From contig JBLNHD010000057.1 of the NCBI GenBank assembly GCA_050268825.1, positions 1 to 27,558 of the forward strand: a stretch of 27,558 nucleotides of DNA. The letters run 5' to 3'. The notes beneath the pieces were generated by a model. It was not told the origin of the DNA. It did not search any database and worked only from the letters and a program-made list of their open reading frames with translations. The position numbers and the translations under genes were made by a program. Source of the DNA: Gemmatimonadota bacterium (GTDB lineage Bacteria > Gemmatimonadota > Gemmatimonadetes > Gemmatimonadales > GWC2-71-9). This document shows, one piece after another, positions 7,267 through 15,924 of the stretch. The stretch's first letter is position 1, and every line of letters begins with the position of its first letter.

Positions 7267-7980
7267 ATGGCCACTCGGGCAGCACGATCGCGCACCGGCG
7301 CGGCGCGGGCCGCGGCGCGCCCCAAGGCGAAGGGAGCCGTGAAGTGCCGCCGCAAGTTCCTGCGGTTCTTTCCCGGCGGTTTTCGTGACGAGACCTACCT
7401 GGACTGGGAGCGGGATTACAAATGGGCCGCGCACGAGCACTGGACGAGCGTGCTGGGCGAGGCCGAGTTCCGCGAGCTGATCGAACAGGAGCGCTTCGAG
7501 GAAATCGCGCTGCGCGCGGTGCGGGTCGAGTCGCGCACCAATCTCCTGTTCTCGTTCGAGAAGATGGCGCTCCGCGACGCCGTGCGCGCGCGCGCCGGGG
7601 CGGAGCAGTTTGCACGCGGCCTGCTGGCGTTCCTCCACGGGCCTGGTGATGCGAGCGCGCGCTTCGACGCCTGGTGTGGTGTGATCGCGCAACTGCCGCG
7701 CCGCCAGACACGGGTCCTGACGTGGCCGCTCGCGACGGTGTTCGGCTTCATCGCGCAGCCGGCGCGGCATTTCTTTCTCAAGCCCATGGTGACGCGCGCA
7801 GCCGCGCGTGAGTACGGCGTCGACTTCGGCTATACTTCGCGCCCGAGCGCCGAGGCGTACGATCGCCTGCTCGACTTTGCGCGCCTGGTGCGACGCGACC
7901 TGGCCGACCTCCGCCCGCGCGACATGATCGACATCCAGTCGTTCCTCTGGGTACAGGGATCGGACGAATACGAGGAATGA
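7267..7980 (+). CDS. Conserved hypothetical protein (FPGGF...ERDYK...RDMIDIQSFLWV)
   Basis: Coding-like 237-aa ORF, RBS-like GAAGGG, stop overlapping the next ATG. Confidence 0.85.
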   Translation: MATRAARSRTGAARAAARPKAKGAVKCRRKFLRFFPGGFRDETYLDWERDYKWAAHEHWTSVLGEAEFRELIEQERFEEIALRAVRVESRTNLLFSFEKMALRDAVRARAGAEQFARGLLAFLHGPGDASARFDAWCGVIAQLPRRQTRVLTWPLATVFGFIAQPARHFFLKPMVTRAAAREYGVDFGYTSRPSAEAYDRLLDFARLVRRDLADLRPRDMIDIQSFLWVQGSDEYEE

Positions 7981-8336
7981 TCTTTCCCGAGCTGCGCGAC
8001 ATCCAGAGCCCCGACCTGGTCCCTCCGGCGCTGCCGGCGGATCCGTCGGACTGCGCCGTGCGGTTCCAGGCCCTCATCGGACCGCGCGGCGACGGGGCCC
8101 CGGAGGCATTCAGCTTCCTCGTCGTGACGCCGGGCTACCTCCGCCGGACCGGCCCGCTCTGGGGCCGCGGCCATCTCTTCGTGGACGCGTTCGACTGGCG
8201 GACGGTAGTGGAGGCGATCGCGCTCCTGATGGCGCAGTGCGCGCGGCCCACCTGGGACGAGGTGGCCGCGGAGCTCGACAAGCAGCTGCGCTGGGAGTTC
8301 GACGTGCACCGCACGATCGAATCCGAGCCGGGCTGA
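7977..8336 (+). CDS. Imm8 family immunity protein
   Basis: ELRDIQSPD...P.DP...FQALIGPRG..G.EAFSFLVVTPGYL...GRGHLFV..FDW...C..PTWDEVAAELDKQLRWEFD fits the Imm8 pattern as recalled. Confidence 0.8.
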   Translation: MIFPELRDIQSPDLVPPALPADPSDCAVRFQALIGPRGDGAPEAFSFLVVTPGYLRRTGPLWGRGHLFVDAFDWRTVVEAIALLMAQCARPTWDEVAAELDKQLRWEFDVHRTIESEPG

Positions 8337-8339
8337 GCG

Positions 8340-9044
8340 ATGTTCCTCGGACATTTCGCGGTGGCCATGGCGGCGAAACGGGCGGGACCGGCGATGTCGC
8401 TCGGGACGCTCTTCGCCGCCGCGCAGTGGCCCGACCTGCTCTGGCCGGTCCTCCTCCTGCTCGGCGTCGAGCGCGTGTCGGTGGCGCCGGGGGACACCGC
8501 CTTCACGCCGCTGCGCTTCGACGCGTATCCGGTCAGTCACAGCCTCGTCGCCACGCTCGGATGGGCCATGGCCGGGGGGCTTCTCTGGTGGCTGCTGCGG
8601 CGCGATGGCCGGGGCGCCGGCCTCGTCGCCGGGCTCGTGATGAGCCATTGGCTGCTCGACGCGCTGACGCATCGGCCTGATCTTCAGCTCGCACCATGGA
8701 ACGACGCGCGCGTCGGCCTGGGGCTCTGGAACTCCGTGCCGGCGACAATGGCGCTCGAGCTGCTGCTCTTCGCCGCAGGCGTGTGGGGCTGGCTTCGGGT
8801 GGCCGGCGTGCGGCCACGGCGCCGAGTCGCGGCGTGGAGTCTCGTCGCCTTCCTGCTCGTGATCTATCTCATGAATGTCTTCGGGTCTCCCCCGCCGAGC
8901 GCAGCTGCGGTGGCGTGGGTGACGCTGTCGATGTGGTTGCTGGTGGCGTGGGCGTGGGCGGCGGATCGGGCGGGCGCGCCCGAAGCCTCGAGGGCGGGTA
9001 GACCATCGGAGGGGCGGCGCATGCACCGCCCCTCCGATGGGTGA
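8340..9044 (+). CDS. Membrane-bound metal-dependent hydrolase (YdjM/DUF457-like)
   Basis: MFLGHF, WPDLL, SHSL, SHWLLDALTHRPD motifs with multiple TM segments. Confidence 0.88.
   Translation: MFLGHFAVAMAAKRAGPAMSLGTLFAAAQWPDLLWPVLLLLGVERVSVAPGDTAFTPLRFDAYPVSHSLVATLGWAMAGGLLWWLLRRDGRGAGLVAGLVMSHWLLDALTHRPDLQLAPWNDARVGLGLWNSVPATMALELLLFAAGVWGWLRVAGVRPRRRVAAWSLVAFLLVIYLMNVFGSPPPSAAAVAWVTLSMWLLVAWAWAADRAGAPEASRAGRPSEGRRMHRPSDG
9003..9040. terminator. Perfect 15-bp hairpin at a convergent gene junction
   Basis: CCATCGGAGGGGCGG(9003-9017)-8 nt-CCGCCCCTCCGATGG(9026-9040). Confidence 0.5.
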
Positions 9045-9075
9045 TCGATCGGTCCATCCCTTTACGGCGGAGCGA

Positions 9076-9282
9076 TCACCACACGTCCTTCGGCTCGGTG
9101 GCCTGCGCGGTGCCGTGCGCCGTGCTCGTGGTGCGGTGCGCCGACGAAGCCTGGCGGTTCCTGAACCACCGGTACGCCATCATGCCGAGGCCTGCGAGCG
9201 CGGCGTTCCGCAGCATGTGGTTCCCTCCACCCGTGGTGCCGAAGCCGCGGCGCGATCCGCGGCGATTGCCGAATCCGAACAT
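9076..9282 (-). CDS. Small hypothetical protein (68 aa), last gene of the SRPBCC-ADH unit
   Basis: RBS GGAGGG before ATG 9282. MFGFGNRRGSRRGFGTTGGGNHMLRNAALAGLGMMAYRWFRNRQ... Confidence 0.7.
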   Translation of the reverse strand: MFGFGNRRGSRRGFGTTGGGNHMLRNAALAGLGMMAYRWFRNRQASSAHRTTSTAHGTAQATEPKDVW

Positions 9283-9311
9283 GGTATATCCCTCCGGGCG
9301 CGTGCCGAGGA

Positions 9312-10487
9312 TCAGTGTCGTGGCGTGAGCACGACCTTCAGGCACTCGTCCTGTTTGTTGTTGAAGATTTCGAAGCCGTGCGGCGCTTCGTCGAGCGAGA
9401 AACGATGCGTGATGATGAACGTCGGGTCGATCTCCCCGGCCTGGATCCGCTCGAGGAGGGGGCGCATGTAGCGCTGCACGTGCGTCTGGCCTGACCGGAT
9501 CGTGAGCGACCGGTTGACGATCGTCCCGAATGGAAACTTGTCCAGCAGGCCCCCGTACACGCCGGGCACCGACACCGTGCCCCCGCTCCGGCAGTTCATG
9601 ATGGCCTCGCGCAGGGCACTCGGCCGGTCCGATTCGAGCCGGAATGCCTGCTTGGCGCGATCGTAGGCCCCGTGCAGCCCGGGCGAGTGCGCCTCCAGCC
9701 CGACCGCATCGATGCAGCGATCGGGCCCGCGGCCCCCCGTCAGCTCCTTCAATGCCTCGGAGAGGTCGCCGACCTCCTCGTAGTTGAGCGTCTCCGCGCG
9801 GGTATGCCGGCGCGCGATCTCGAGCCGGTAGGCGAACCGGTCGATCGCGATGACGCGGCCGGCCCCGAGGAGGAACGCACTCACGATGGCGAACTGGCCC
9901 ACCGGTCCGCAGCCCCAGACCGCCACCGTATCGCCCGGCTCGATGTCGCAGTTTTCCGCGGCCATCCATCCGGTCGGCAGGATGTCCGACAGGAAGAGGG
10001 CCTGCTCGTCGGTCAGCCCGTCCACCTTGATCGGTCCGACGTCGGCATAGGGGACGCGGGCATACTCCGCCTGCCCGCCCGCGTAGCCGCCGAGGATGTG
10101 CGAATACCCGAAGATCCCGGCCGGCGACTGTCCCCACAGCTTCTCCGCCGCGGCGGCGTTGGGGTTCGAGTTCTCGCAGAGCGAGAAGAGGTCCTTCTGG
10201 CAGAAATAGCAGTTGCCGCAGGAGATCGGGAACGGCACGACGACGCGGTCTCCCACCTTCAGGTTCTTCACGGCGCGGCCGGTCTCGACGATCTCGCCCA
10301 TGAACTCGTGGCCGATGATGTCGCCCCGCGCCATGCCGGGCATGAATCCGTTGTAGAGATGGAGATCGGATCCGCAGATCGCGGTCGCCGTGATGCGCAC
10401 GATGGCATCGCGCGGATTCAGGATCGTCGGATCGGGCACGTCCTCGATCTCGACGCTCTTCTTTCCGGTCCAGCAGTTGGCTTTCAT
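9312..10487 (-). CDS. Zinc-dependent alcohol dehydrogenase (formaldehyde dehydrogenase/YbdR-like MDR)
   Basis: ICGSD, GHEFMGE, structural Zn site CGNC..C..C, GCGPVG nucleotide-binding loop. Confidence 0.95.
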   Translation of the reverse strand: MKANCWTGKKSVEIEDVPDPTILNPRDAIVRITATAICGSDLHLYNGFMPGMARGDIIGHEFMGEIVETGRAVKNLKVGDRVVVPFPISCGNCYFCQKDLFSLCENSNPNAAAAEKLWGQSPAGIFGYSHILGGYAGGQAEYARVPYADVGPIKVDGLTDEQALFLSDILPTGWMAAENCDIEPGDTVAVWGCGPVGQFAIVSAFLLGAGRVIAIDRFAYRLEIARRHTRAETLNYEEVGDLSEALKELTGGRGPDRCIDAVGLEAHSPGLHGAYDRAKQAFRLESDRPSALREAIMNCRSGGTVSVPGVYGGLLDKFPFGTIVNRSLTIRSGQTHVQRYMRPLLERIQAGEIDPTFIITHRFSLDEAPHGFEIFNNKQDECLKVVLTPRH

Positions 10488-10497
10488 CGCAGTCTCC

Positions 10498-11517
10498 TCA
10501 CCGATCCATGGACTCGGTGAGCTTCCCGATCGGCGACCGCCGACCCGAAGACTGACCGCGTGTCGTCGTGATCTCTCCGGTTTCCATCAGCTGCTTGAAC
10601 GGCCGGAGATCGCTGCGGATCTCCTGTTCGGGGCCGCGGCGGAAGAGCTTTGCCACGGCCGCGCCCATGCGGCCGGCCGGCGGGTCGTAGGCCAGGTCGA
10701 TCTTCACCACCGTGCCGCGGTCGTCCGGCATGGGGATGAAGCGCACGGTGCCGACGTTGTCCACGTCCGCGCCCTCGAGCGAGCGCCAGGCGATGAGCTC
10801 CCCCGGGCGATCCTCGGTGATCTCCGCATCCCATTCCACGGTCGAGCCGGCCGGTCCCTTCACCTTCCAGCGCGAGCGGTTGCCGCCGAGCACCTCGACC
10901 GACTCGAGGTGGTCCATGATCTGCGGCAGATTCGCGAAGTCGCGCCAGAAATCGTACAGCTCCTGCGCGGGGCGGCCGATCGTGATGGCGTGCTGTATCC
11001 GGATGCCGGACTCCCGCTCGCGTGCAGCACCGGTCGCGGGATTGCGACTCATCCGCTGGGCGGCATAGGCGTCGATGAGGAGCGCCCCCGCCACGGCCGC
11101 CGCTGCGCCCAGAATGCGCCCGCGGTCTCCTTCCTCGTCGTCGAGCGCGCGGCCCAGGAGCGCCAGGTCCATGACGTCGCCCGCTACCCGCGACCAGAGC
11201 CACTCCGCCGGGCGATCGTTCGAGAGGATCCCGACACCGCTGGTGATCTCCCGCATGCCCAGCCCGCGCATCAGCGCGGGATGTTCCCCCACCCCGATCA
11301 TCCGCCCCAGCGCGCGGGGGGCCACGAGCTGCGTGACGCCAAGCCCGAGGCTGAAGATCCCGAGCGCTCGGGCAAGGCCGTCGGGCCGTTCCGCGGAGCC
11401 GTTGCTCCCAGTGCCTTCCGGTACGTAGCCGTCTCTGTCAGTCCAGTCCTGCCCCTCCGTGCTGCTGCCCTGATAGCCGGGCATGGGGCGGTCGAGCACT
11501 GCCTGCTGAGTGTCCAT
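10498..11517 (-). CDS. SRPBCC (polyketide cyclase/START-like) family protein with N-terminal membrane region
   Basis: [30 protein letters not shown]...SRWKVKGP...EWDAEIT...IAWRSL. RBS GGAAGGA before ATG 11517. Confidence 0.92.
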   Translation of the reverse strand: MDTQQAVLDRPMPGYQGSSTEGQDWTDRDGYVPEGTGSNGSAERPDGLARALGIFSLGLGVTQLVAPRALGRMIGVGEHPALMRGLGMREITSGVGILSNDRPAEWLWSRVAGDVMDLALLGRALDDEEGDRGRILGAAAAVAGALLIDAYAAQRMSRNPATGAARERESGIRIQHAITIGRPAQELYDFWRDFANLPQIMDHLESVEVLGGNRSRWKVKGPAGSTVEWDAEITEDRPGELIAWRSLEGADVDNVGTVRFIPMPDDRGTVVKIDLAYDPPAGRMGAAVAKLFRRGPEQEIRSDLRPFKQLMETGEITTTRGQSSGRRSPIGKLTESMDR

Positions 11518-11572
11518 GCTGCTCCTTCCGTCCGAATCCTGCGTTTCGCCGGCTCTGCGCCGCGCATTTCGC

Positions 11573-11615
11573 ATTCTATCGCCGCGCACGGGGCGTTCCG
11601 GTGATGACTGTCACC
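11573..11615 (-). promoter_or_regulatory. Putative class II CRP/FNR-family activated promoter
   Basis: -10 TAGAAT (minus strand, 11578-11573), poor -35 (CCGGAA), palindrome GGTGA-N6-TCACC at 11600-11615 centred at -41.5. Confidence 0.55.
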
Positions 11616-11671
11616 AACCAACGTGATTCGGGCGCACTGGATCCGGGCCTTCCAGGCCGTACACATTGCGG

Positions 11672-12595
11672 ATGCGAGTGCCGTCGATCATCCGGATGTT
11701 CGGGACCGCCATCAGCGCGTGGCTGGCCGACGGCGCGCCGCGGCTCGGCGCCTCGCTCGCGTATTACACGCTCTTCTCTCTGGCGCCGATTCTCCTCGTG
11801 GTGATCGCGATCGCCGGGTTTGCCTTCGGCGAGGAGGCGGTGCGCGGGCAGATCGTGGCCGAGCTGGACCACCTCGTGGGCCCTGACGGGGCGGCGGCGG
11901 TGCAGACCCTCCTGCAGGGAGCGCGGCGGCAATCGGGCGGCACGCTGGCCACAATACTCGGCGGGGTCACGTTTCTCCTGGCCGCGACCGGCGCGTTCCT
12001 CGAGCTCCAGTACGCGCTCAACCGTGTCTGGCGGGTGCAGCCGAAGCCGGGCGTCTCGGTCCGGGCACTCCTGCTGGACCGGCTGCGGTCATTCGGGATC
12101 GTGGTGGCCATCGGATTCCTCCTCCTCGTTTCGCTCGCGGTCAGCGCGGCGCTCGCGGCGCTGGGGGATCTTCTCGGACGCGCGCCGGGGATACCCGCCA
12201 TCTGGGTGGCCGTCAACGCCGTCCTCGGGTTCGCGGTCGTCGCCATCCTCTTTGCACTCCTCTTCAAGTACCTGCCGGATGTCGAGCTGCGCTGGCGGGA
12301 TGTGTGGCTGGGTGGCGCCGTGACGGCGCTCTTCTTCACGGCAGGGAAGCAGCTGATCGGGTTGTACCTCGGAGAGAGCGCCACGGCCTCGAGTTACGGG
12401 GCGGCCGGCTCGGTCGTCGTCCTCATGCTGTGGGTCTATTACACCTCGCAGGTCGTGCTGCTCGGCGCCGAGTTCACCCGGGTCTTCACCCGGCGGAACC
12501 GCAGCCGGCCGCAGCCCCAGGAGTTTGCCGAGCGGACGACGCAGCCGGACCCGGCCGCGCGTGCCGGCGATAGCCGCGGCCCGAATCGGCGTTAG
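11672..12595 (+). CDS. YihY/virulence factor BrkB family membrane protein
   Basis: GASLAYYTLFSLAPIL, ELQYALNRVW, KYLPDVELRWRDVWLGG, SSYGAAGSVVVLMLWVYYTSQVVLLGAE. Confidence 0.95.
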   Translation: MRVPSIIRMFGTAISAWLADGAPRLGASLAYYTLFSLAPILLVVIAIAGFAFGEEAVRGQIVAELDHLVGPDGAAAVQTLLQGARRQSGGTLATILGGVTFLLAATGAFLELQYALNRVWRVQPKPGVSVRALLLDRLRSFGIVVAIGFLLLVSLAVSAALAALGDLLGRAPGIPAIWVAVNAVLGFAVVAILFALLFKYLPDVELRWRDVWLGGAVTALFFTAGKQLIGLYLGESATASSYGAAGSVVVLMLWVYYTSQVVLLGAEFTRVFTRRNRSRPQPQEFAERTTQPDPAARAGDSRGPNRR

Positions 12596-12680
12596 AATTG
12601 AGAAACGGCGGGACCGGCCGACACATACGGCCGGTGGTCCCGTCCGTCACCTCCGTTCGCTTCCTCTGGAGAACCCGATC

Positions 12681-13346
12681 ATGTCGACACCACGCCGCGC
12701 ATTCCTCGGCTGGGTTGGCGCAGGCGCCCTGGCGAGCGCCGCGGCGCCGCTCACCGCGCTCGAAGCTCCCGCACGCCCGTTGCGGCCGCTCGACGACACC
12801 TGGGATATGCGGTGGGTGGACCGGATCGGGGGGAAGTACCGGGCGGTGTTTGATTCGCCTGAGCTATCCGAGGGCGCCGCACTCTGGCGGGCCAATCTGT
12901 GGCGGGATCAATACAAGGAGGTGTACGGCGTCGAGCCAGCCGAGATGTCGTCGGTGCTGGTGATTCGCCACGGCGCCATCGCGATGGCCATGGACGACGG
13001 TTACTGGGCCCAGTTCCGGATCGGCAAGGAAGAGAAGGTGAAGGACCAGCAGACGAAGAAGTGGGCGACGGTCAACCCCTTCCGAATCCTGCCTCCGGGT
13101 ACCCCCGAGAAGTACGCTGCGTACAGTCTCGAGGGGTTCATGGCTTCCGGCGGCATCGTGCTCGCCTGCGACCTTGCCTTCCAGGCTGCGGTCTGGAAGT
13201 ATCGGCAGGCCGAGAAGCTCACTCGTGAGGCGGCGATCGAACGGGCGGAGGCCCACCTGATTCCGGGCGTCGTCCTGCAGCCGTCGGGCATCTTCGCGGC
13301 CCTGAGGGCGCAGGAAGCGGGCTGCGCGTACATTCTTGCGAGCTGA
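12681..13346 (+). CDS. Tat-exported DsrE/DsrF-like protein
   Basis: Signal TPRRAFLG...AAA. Body AVFD...VLVIRHGAIAMAM...GGIVLACDLAF...LIPGVVLQPSGIFA..RAQEAGCAY. RBS GGAG. Confidence 0.75.
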   Translation: MSTPRRAFLGWVGAGALASAAAPLTALEAPARPLRPLDDTWDMRWVDRIGGKYRAVFDSPELSEGAALWRANLWRDQYKEVYGVEPAEMSSVLVIRHGAIAMAMDDGYWAQFRIGKEEKVKDQQTKKWATVNPFRILPPGTPEKYAAYSLEGFMASGGIVLACDLAFQAAVWKYRQAEKLTREAAIERAEAHLIPGVVLQPSGIFAALRAQEAGCAYILAS

Positions 13347-13379
13347 GCGCGTTTCCCTCGCCCTGATTCGGGAGTCGTC

Positions 13380-14696
13380 ATGCGGACCCGTTCGCTCCAT
13401 GCCGCGGCGCTGGCCATCGTGTCCTCGCTGACCGCGTCGCCCCTCGCCGCGCAGGCCAGCGCCCCGCGGCGCGCAGAGGCTTCGGGCTCGGTTCTCGAAG
13501 CCGGTCTCGCGATCGCCGACCGCTACCGCGTCGGCGCGATCTCCCAGCGGCGCTTCACGCACGCACAGTTCTGGGAGGCCGTGGCCCCGTCACTCGCTTC
13601 GAAGGCGTTTCGCAGCGAGACGATCGGACGCTCCATTCACGGCCGGGAAATCCGGGCGGTCACGTTCGGCACCGGGCCCGTGACCGTGCTGCTCTGGTCC
13701 CAGATGCATGGCGACGAGGCAACGGCCACCATGGCGCTCGCCGACATCTTCCGCTTCCTCGCCGAGGCGGAGGGCCATCCGCTGCGGGAAGGACTGCGCC
13801 GCGCGCTCACGATCGTCTTCGTGCCGATGCTCAATCCCGACGGTGCCGAGCTCTTTCAGCGGGAGAATGCCGCCGGCGTGGATGTGAACCGCGACGGGCG
13901 CCGGCGCGCGACGCCCGAAGCGCAGGCGCTCAAGTCCATCCGCGACCGCCTGGAGCCGCACTTTGCCTTCAATCTCCACGACCAGAGCGCACGGACCCGC
14001 GTCGGACGGACGGGAGAGCAGGCGGCCATCGCGCTGCTGGCGCCGGCCTACGATGCCGAGCGGAGCTACAACGACGTGCGCCGCCGCGCGCGGCTCGTCG
14101 CGGCCGAGATCGCCACGATCCTCGAGCCCGAGCTCCGCGGGCGCCTGGCGAAGTACGACGATACGTTCAATCCGCGCGCCTTCGGCGACCTGATGCAGAC
14201 GTGGGGCGCGAGCACGGTCCTGATCGAGAGCGGCGCCCTCCCCGGCGATCCGCAGAAACAGCGCCTGCGCGCGCTGCACGTCCCGGCGATTCTCGGCGCG
14301 CTCGACGCGATCGCCACGCGCCGGTACGAAGCGGCCGACCCCGCGGTCTACGACTCGCTGCCGTTCAACACGGGTGGCGCGAGCGACCTCCTCATTCGCG
14401 GGGGGCAGCTCGTGCTGCCGGGCCAGCCCCCGTTGCGGGTGGACGTGGCGGTGAACTATGAGGATGCGGTGGCTCGGGAGGACGGGCGCATCCGCGAGAT
14501 CGGCGATCTCGAGGGCGCGGTGGCCATCGACACGCTCGACGTGACGGGGCTCTTCCTGCACCCGCGACCGGAGGCACTCGAGCGTCGGGAGCGCGCGGCC
14601 TGGCTGCGGATCGGCGCGCCCGCGGCGCTCGACCTGCGGCGAGGTGCCGACGCGGCGAGCGAGCTCGTGCGTTCGCTCGACGGGACGCGCGAATGA
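13380..14696 (+). CDS. M14 family zinc carboxypeptidase, secreted
   Basis: SQMHGDE, MLNPDG, RENAAGVDVNRD, FNLHDQ, LIESG. N-terminal signal peptide. Confidence 0.92.
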   Translation: MRTRSLHAAALAIVSSLTASPLAAQASAPRRAEASGSVLEAGLAIADRYRVGAISQRRFTHAQFWEAVAPSLASKAFRSETIGRSIHGREIRAVTFGTGPVTVLLWSQMHGDEATATMALADIFRFLAEAEGHPLREGLRRALTIVFVPMLNPDGAELFQRENAAGVDVNRDGRRRATPEAQALKSIRDRLEPHFAFNLHDQSARTRVGRTGEQAAIALLAPAYDAERSYNDVRRRARLVAAEIATILEPELRGRLAKYDDTFNPRAFGDLMQTWGASTVLIESGALPGDPQKQRLRALHVPAILGALDAIATRRYEAADPAVYDSLPFNTGGASDLLIRGGQLVLPGQPPLRVDVAVNYEDAVAREDGRIREIGDLEGAVAIDTLDVTGLFLHPRPEALERRERAAWLRIGAPAALDLRRGADAASELVRSLDGTRE

Positions 14697-15088
14697 CGAT
14701 CGAGCCGGTGGCCACCCGCGACGCGCCCGGACCCGCAGGCCACTATTCGCAGGCCGTCGTCGCCGGAGGGCTCGTCTTCGTGGCGGGGCAGCTCCCGCTC
14801 GATCCGGCGACGGGCCAGGTCGTCGGCGCGGCGGACGACATCGAAGCGCAGACCCGCCAGGTGCTTCGCAACGTCGAGGCCATTCTCCGCGCCGCGGGGA
14901 GCGGGCTCGACCGGCTCGTCTCCGTCACCGTGTTCGTCACGAGCCGCGCGCACTGGTCCGGGGTCAACCGGGTGTATGCGGACGTGCTGGGCGCACACCG
15001 GCCGGCGCGGGCCATCGTGCCCGTGCCGGAGCTCAGGCCGGGTTGCCTCATCGAGGTGCAGGCCATCGCGGCGGTCGGCACGGAATGA
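14693..15088 (+). CDS. ridA: RidA family enamine/imine deaminase
   Basis: GHYSQAV, VFVAGQLP, QVLRNVEAIL, RPARAIV (catalytic Arg present), IEVQAIA. Confidence 0.92.
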   Translation: MTIEPVATRDAPGPAGHYSQAVVAGGLVFVAGQLPLDPATGQVVGAADDIEAQTRQVLRNVEAILRAAGSGLDRLVSVTVFVTSRAHWSGVNRVYADVLGAHRPARAIVPVPELRPGCLIEVQAIAAVGTE

Positions 15089-15097
15089 GCTGCTGAC

Positions 15098-15493
15098 ATG
15101 CTGGTTCGTACCGCCGCGCTTCGCACCGTCTCCGCCGTCATGGGCGTGCTCTTCCTCGTGGCGGCGCTTTCCCTGTACAACGATCCCGATCCGATCGCGT
15201 GGATGGGCATCTATGGTGCGGCCGCGGTCACCGCGTTTGCCGGCGCGGCCGACCGGCTGCCGCGCTGGCTGCCGGTGGGAGTCGGCATCATCGCCGTGGT
15301 GTGGGCCGCCCGCCTCCTGCCGCAGATGGCAGGGCACGTGCCCCTCGCGGAGCTGGTACGCGAGTTCGAGGCGACGACCCCGCTGATCCAGGAAGGCCGG
15401 GCCGCACTGGGCCTGATCCTCGTTGCCGCGTGGATGGGCGCGCTGGCCTTTCATGCGGCGCAGAGACCGCGCGGCCAGCCGGACCCCACGTGA
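15098..15493 (+). CDS. TMEM220-family membrane protein
   Basis: YNDPDPIAWMGIYG and EGRAALGL motifs, about 4 TM. Confidence 0.8.
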   Translation: MLVRTAALRTVSAVMGVLFLVAALSLYNDPDPIAWMGIYGAAAVTAFAGAADRLPRWLPVGVGIIAVVWAARLLPQMAGHVPLAELVREFEATTPLIQEGRAALGLILVAAWMGALAFHAAQRPRGQPDPT

Positions 15494-15924
15494 CTGGCTG
15501 GCGCCGGCCGCGCACCCGCGAGGTGGCCCGCATGATCTGGCGGGCGCTCCGGCGCCGCTGCCCCAATTGTGGCGGCGGGGGACTCTTCCGCTCCTGGGTT
15601 CACATGGGCCCGACCTGCCCGACCTGCGGCCTGGCCCTCGAGCGCAAGGAAGAGGGGTATGTGGTCGGGGCCTACATGTTCAACATCATCGTGGCGGAGC
15701 TCGTCTTTGCCGCCGTCTTCGTGGCAGTCCTCGTGCTGCTCTGGCCGGATCCTCCCTGGGAGATCCTGACGTGGACCGGCGCCGCGCTCATGCTCCTGAT
15801 GCCGGTCCTCTTCTATCCTGTCTCCAAGACGCTCTTCCTCGCCTTTGACCTCGTCTTCCGGCCGGCCGGCTACGACGCCGGCGAGCTGCCGGAAGCTCCC
15901 CCCGACGGCCGGAACCGATCATGA
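15490..15924 (+). CDS. DUF983 domain protein
   Basis: RCPNCGGGGLF...CPTCGL zinc ribbon plus 2 TM. GTGA overlap with the previous stop. Alternative start at ATG 15532. Confidence 0.85.
   Translation: MTGWRRPRTREVARMIWRALRRRCPNCGGGGLFRSWVHMGPTCPTCGLALERKEEGYVVGAYMFNIIVAELVFAAVFVAVLVLLWPDPPWEILTWTGAALMLLMPVLFYPVSKTLFLAFDLVFRPAGYDAGELPEAPPDGRNRS

Noticed and set aside
6037-9044. RiPP-type ATP-grasp biosynthetic cluster
   Set aside because: No precursor peptide with repeated core motifs and no transporter. The neighbouring genes are on the opposite strand.
9283-10137. N-terminal extensions in the ORF track (9076-10137, 17199-18380, 18438-19115, 3682-4710, 20488-21537, 23346-24209)
   Set aside because: They overlap other real genes, and internal starts with an RBS or stop/start overlap explain the true CDS.
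9312-10487. Specific fdh/adh gene symbol
   Set aside because: MDR subfamily substrate cannot be fixed from motifs alone.
12585-12600. GCGTTAGA resembling an attC R' end (also at 2095-2102)
   Set aside because: No matching RYYYAAC or attC-type stem upstream. Better explained as a stop codon and/or a -10 element.
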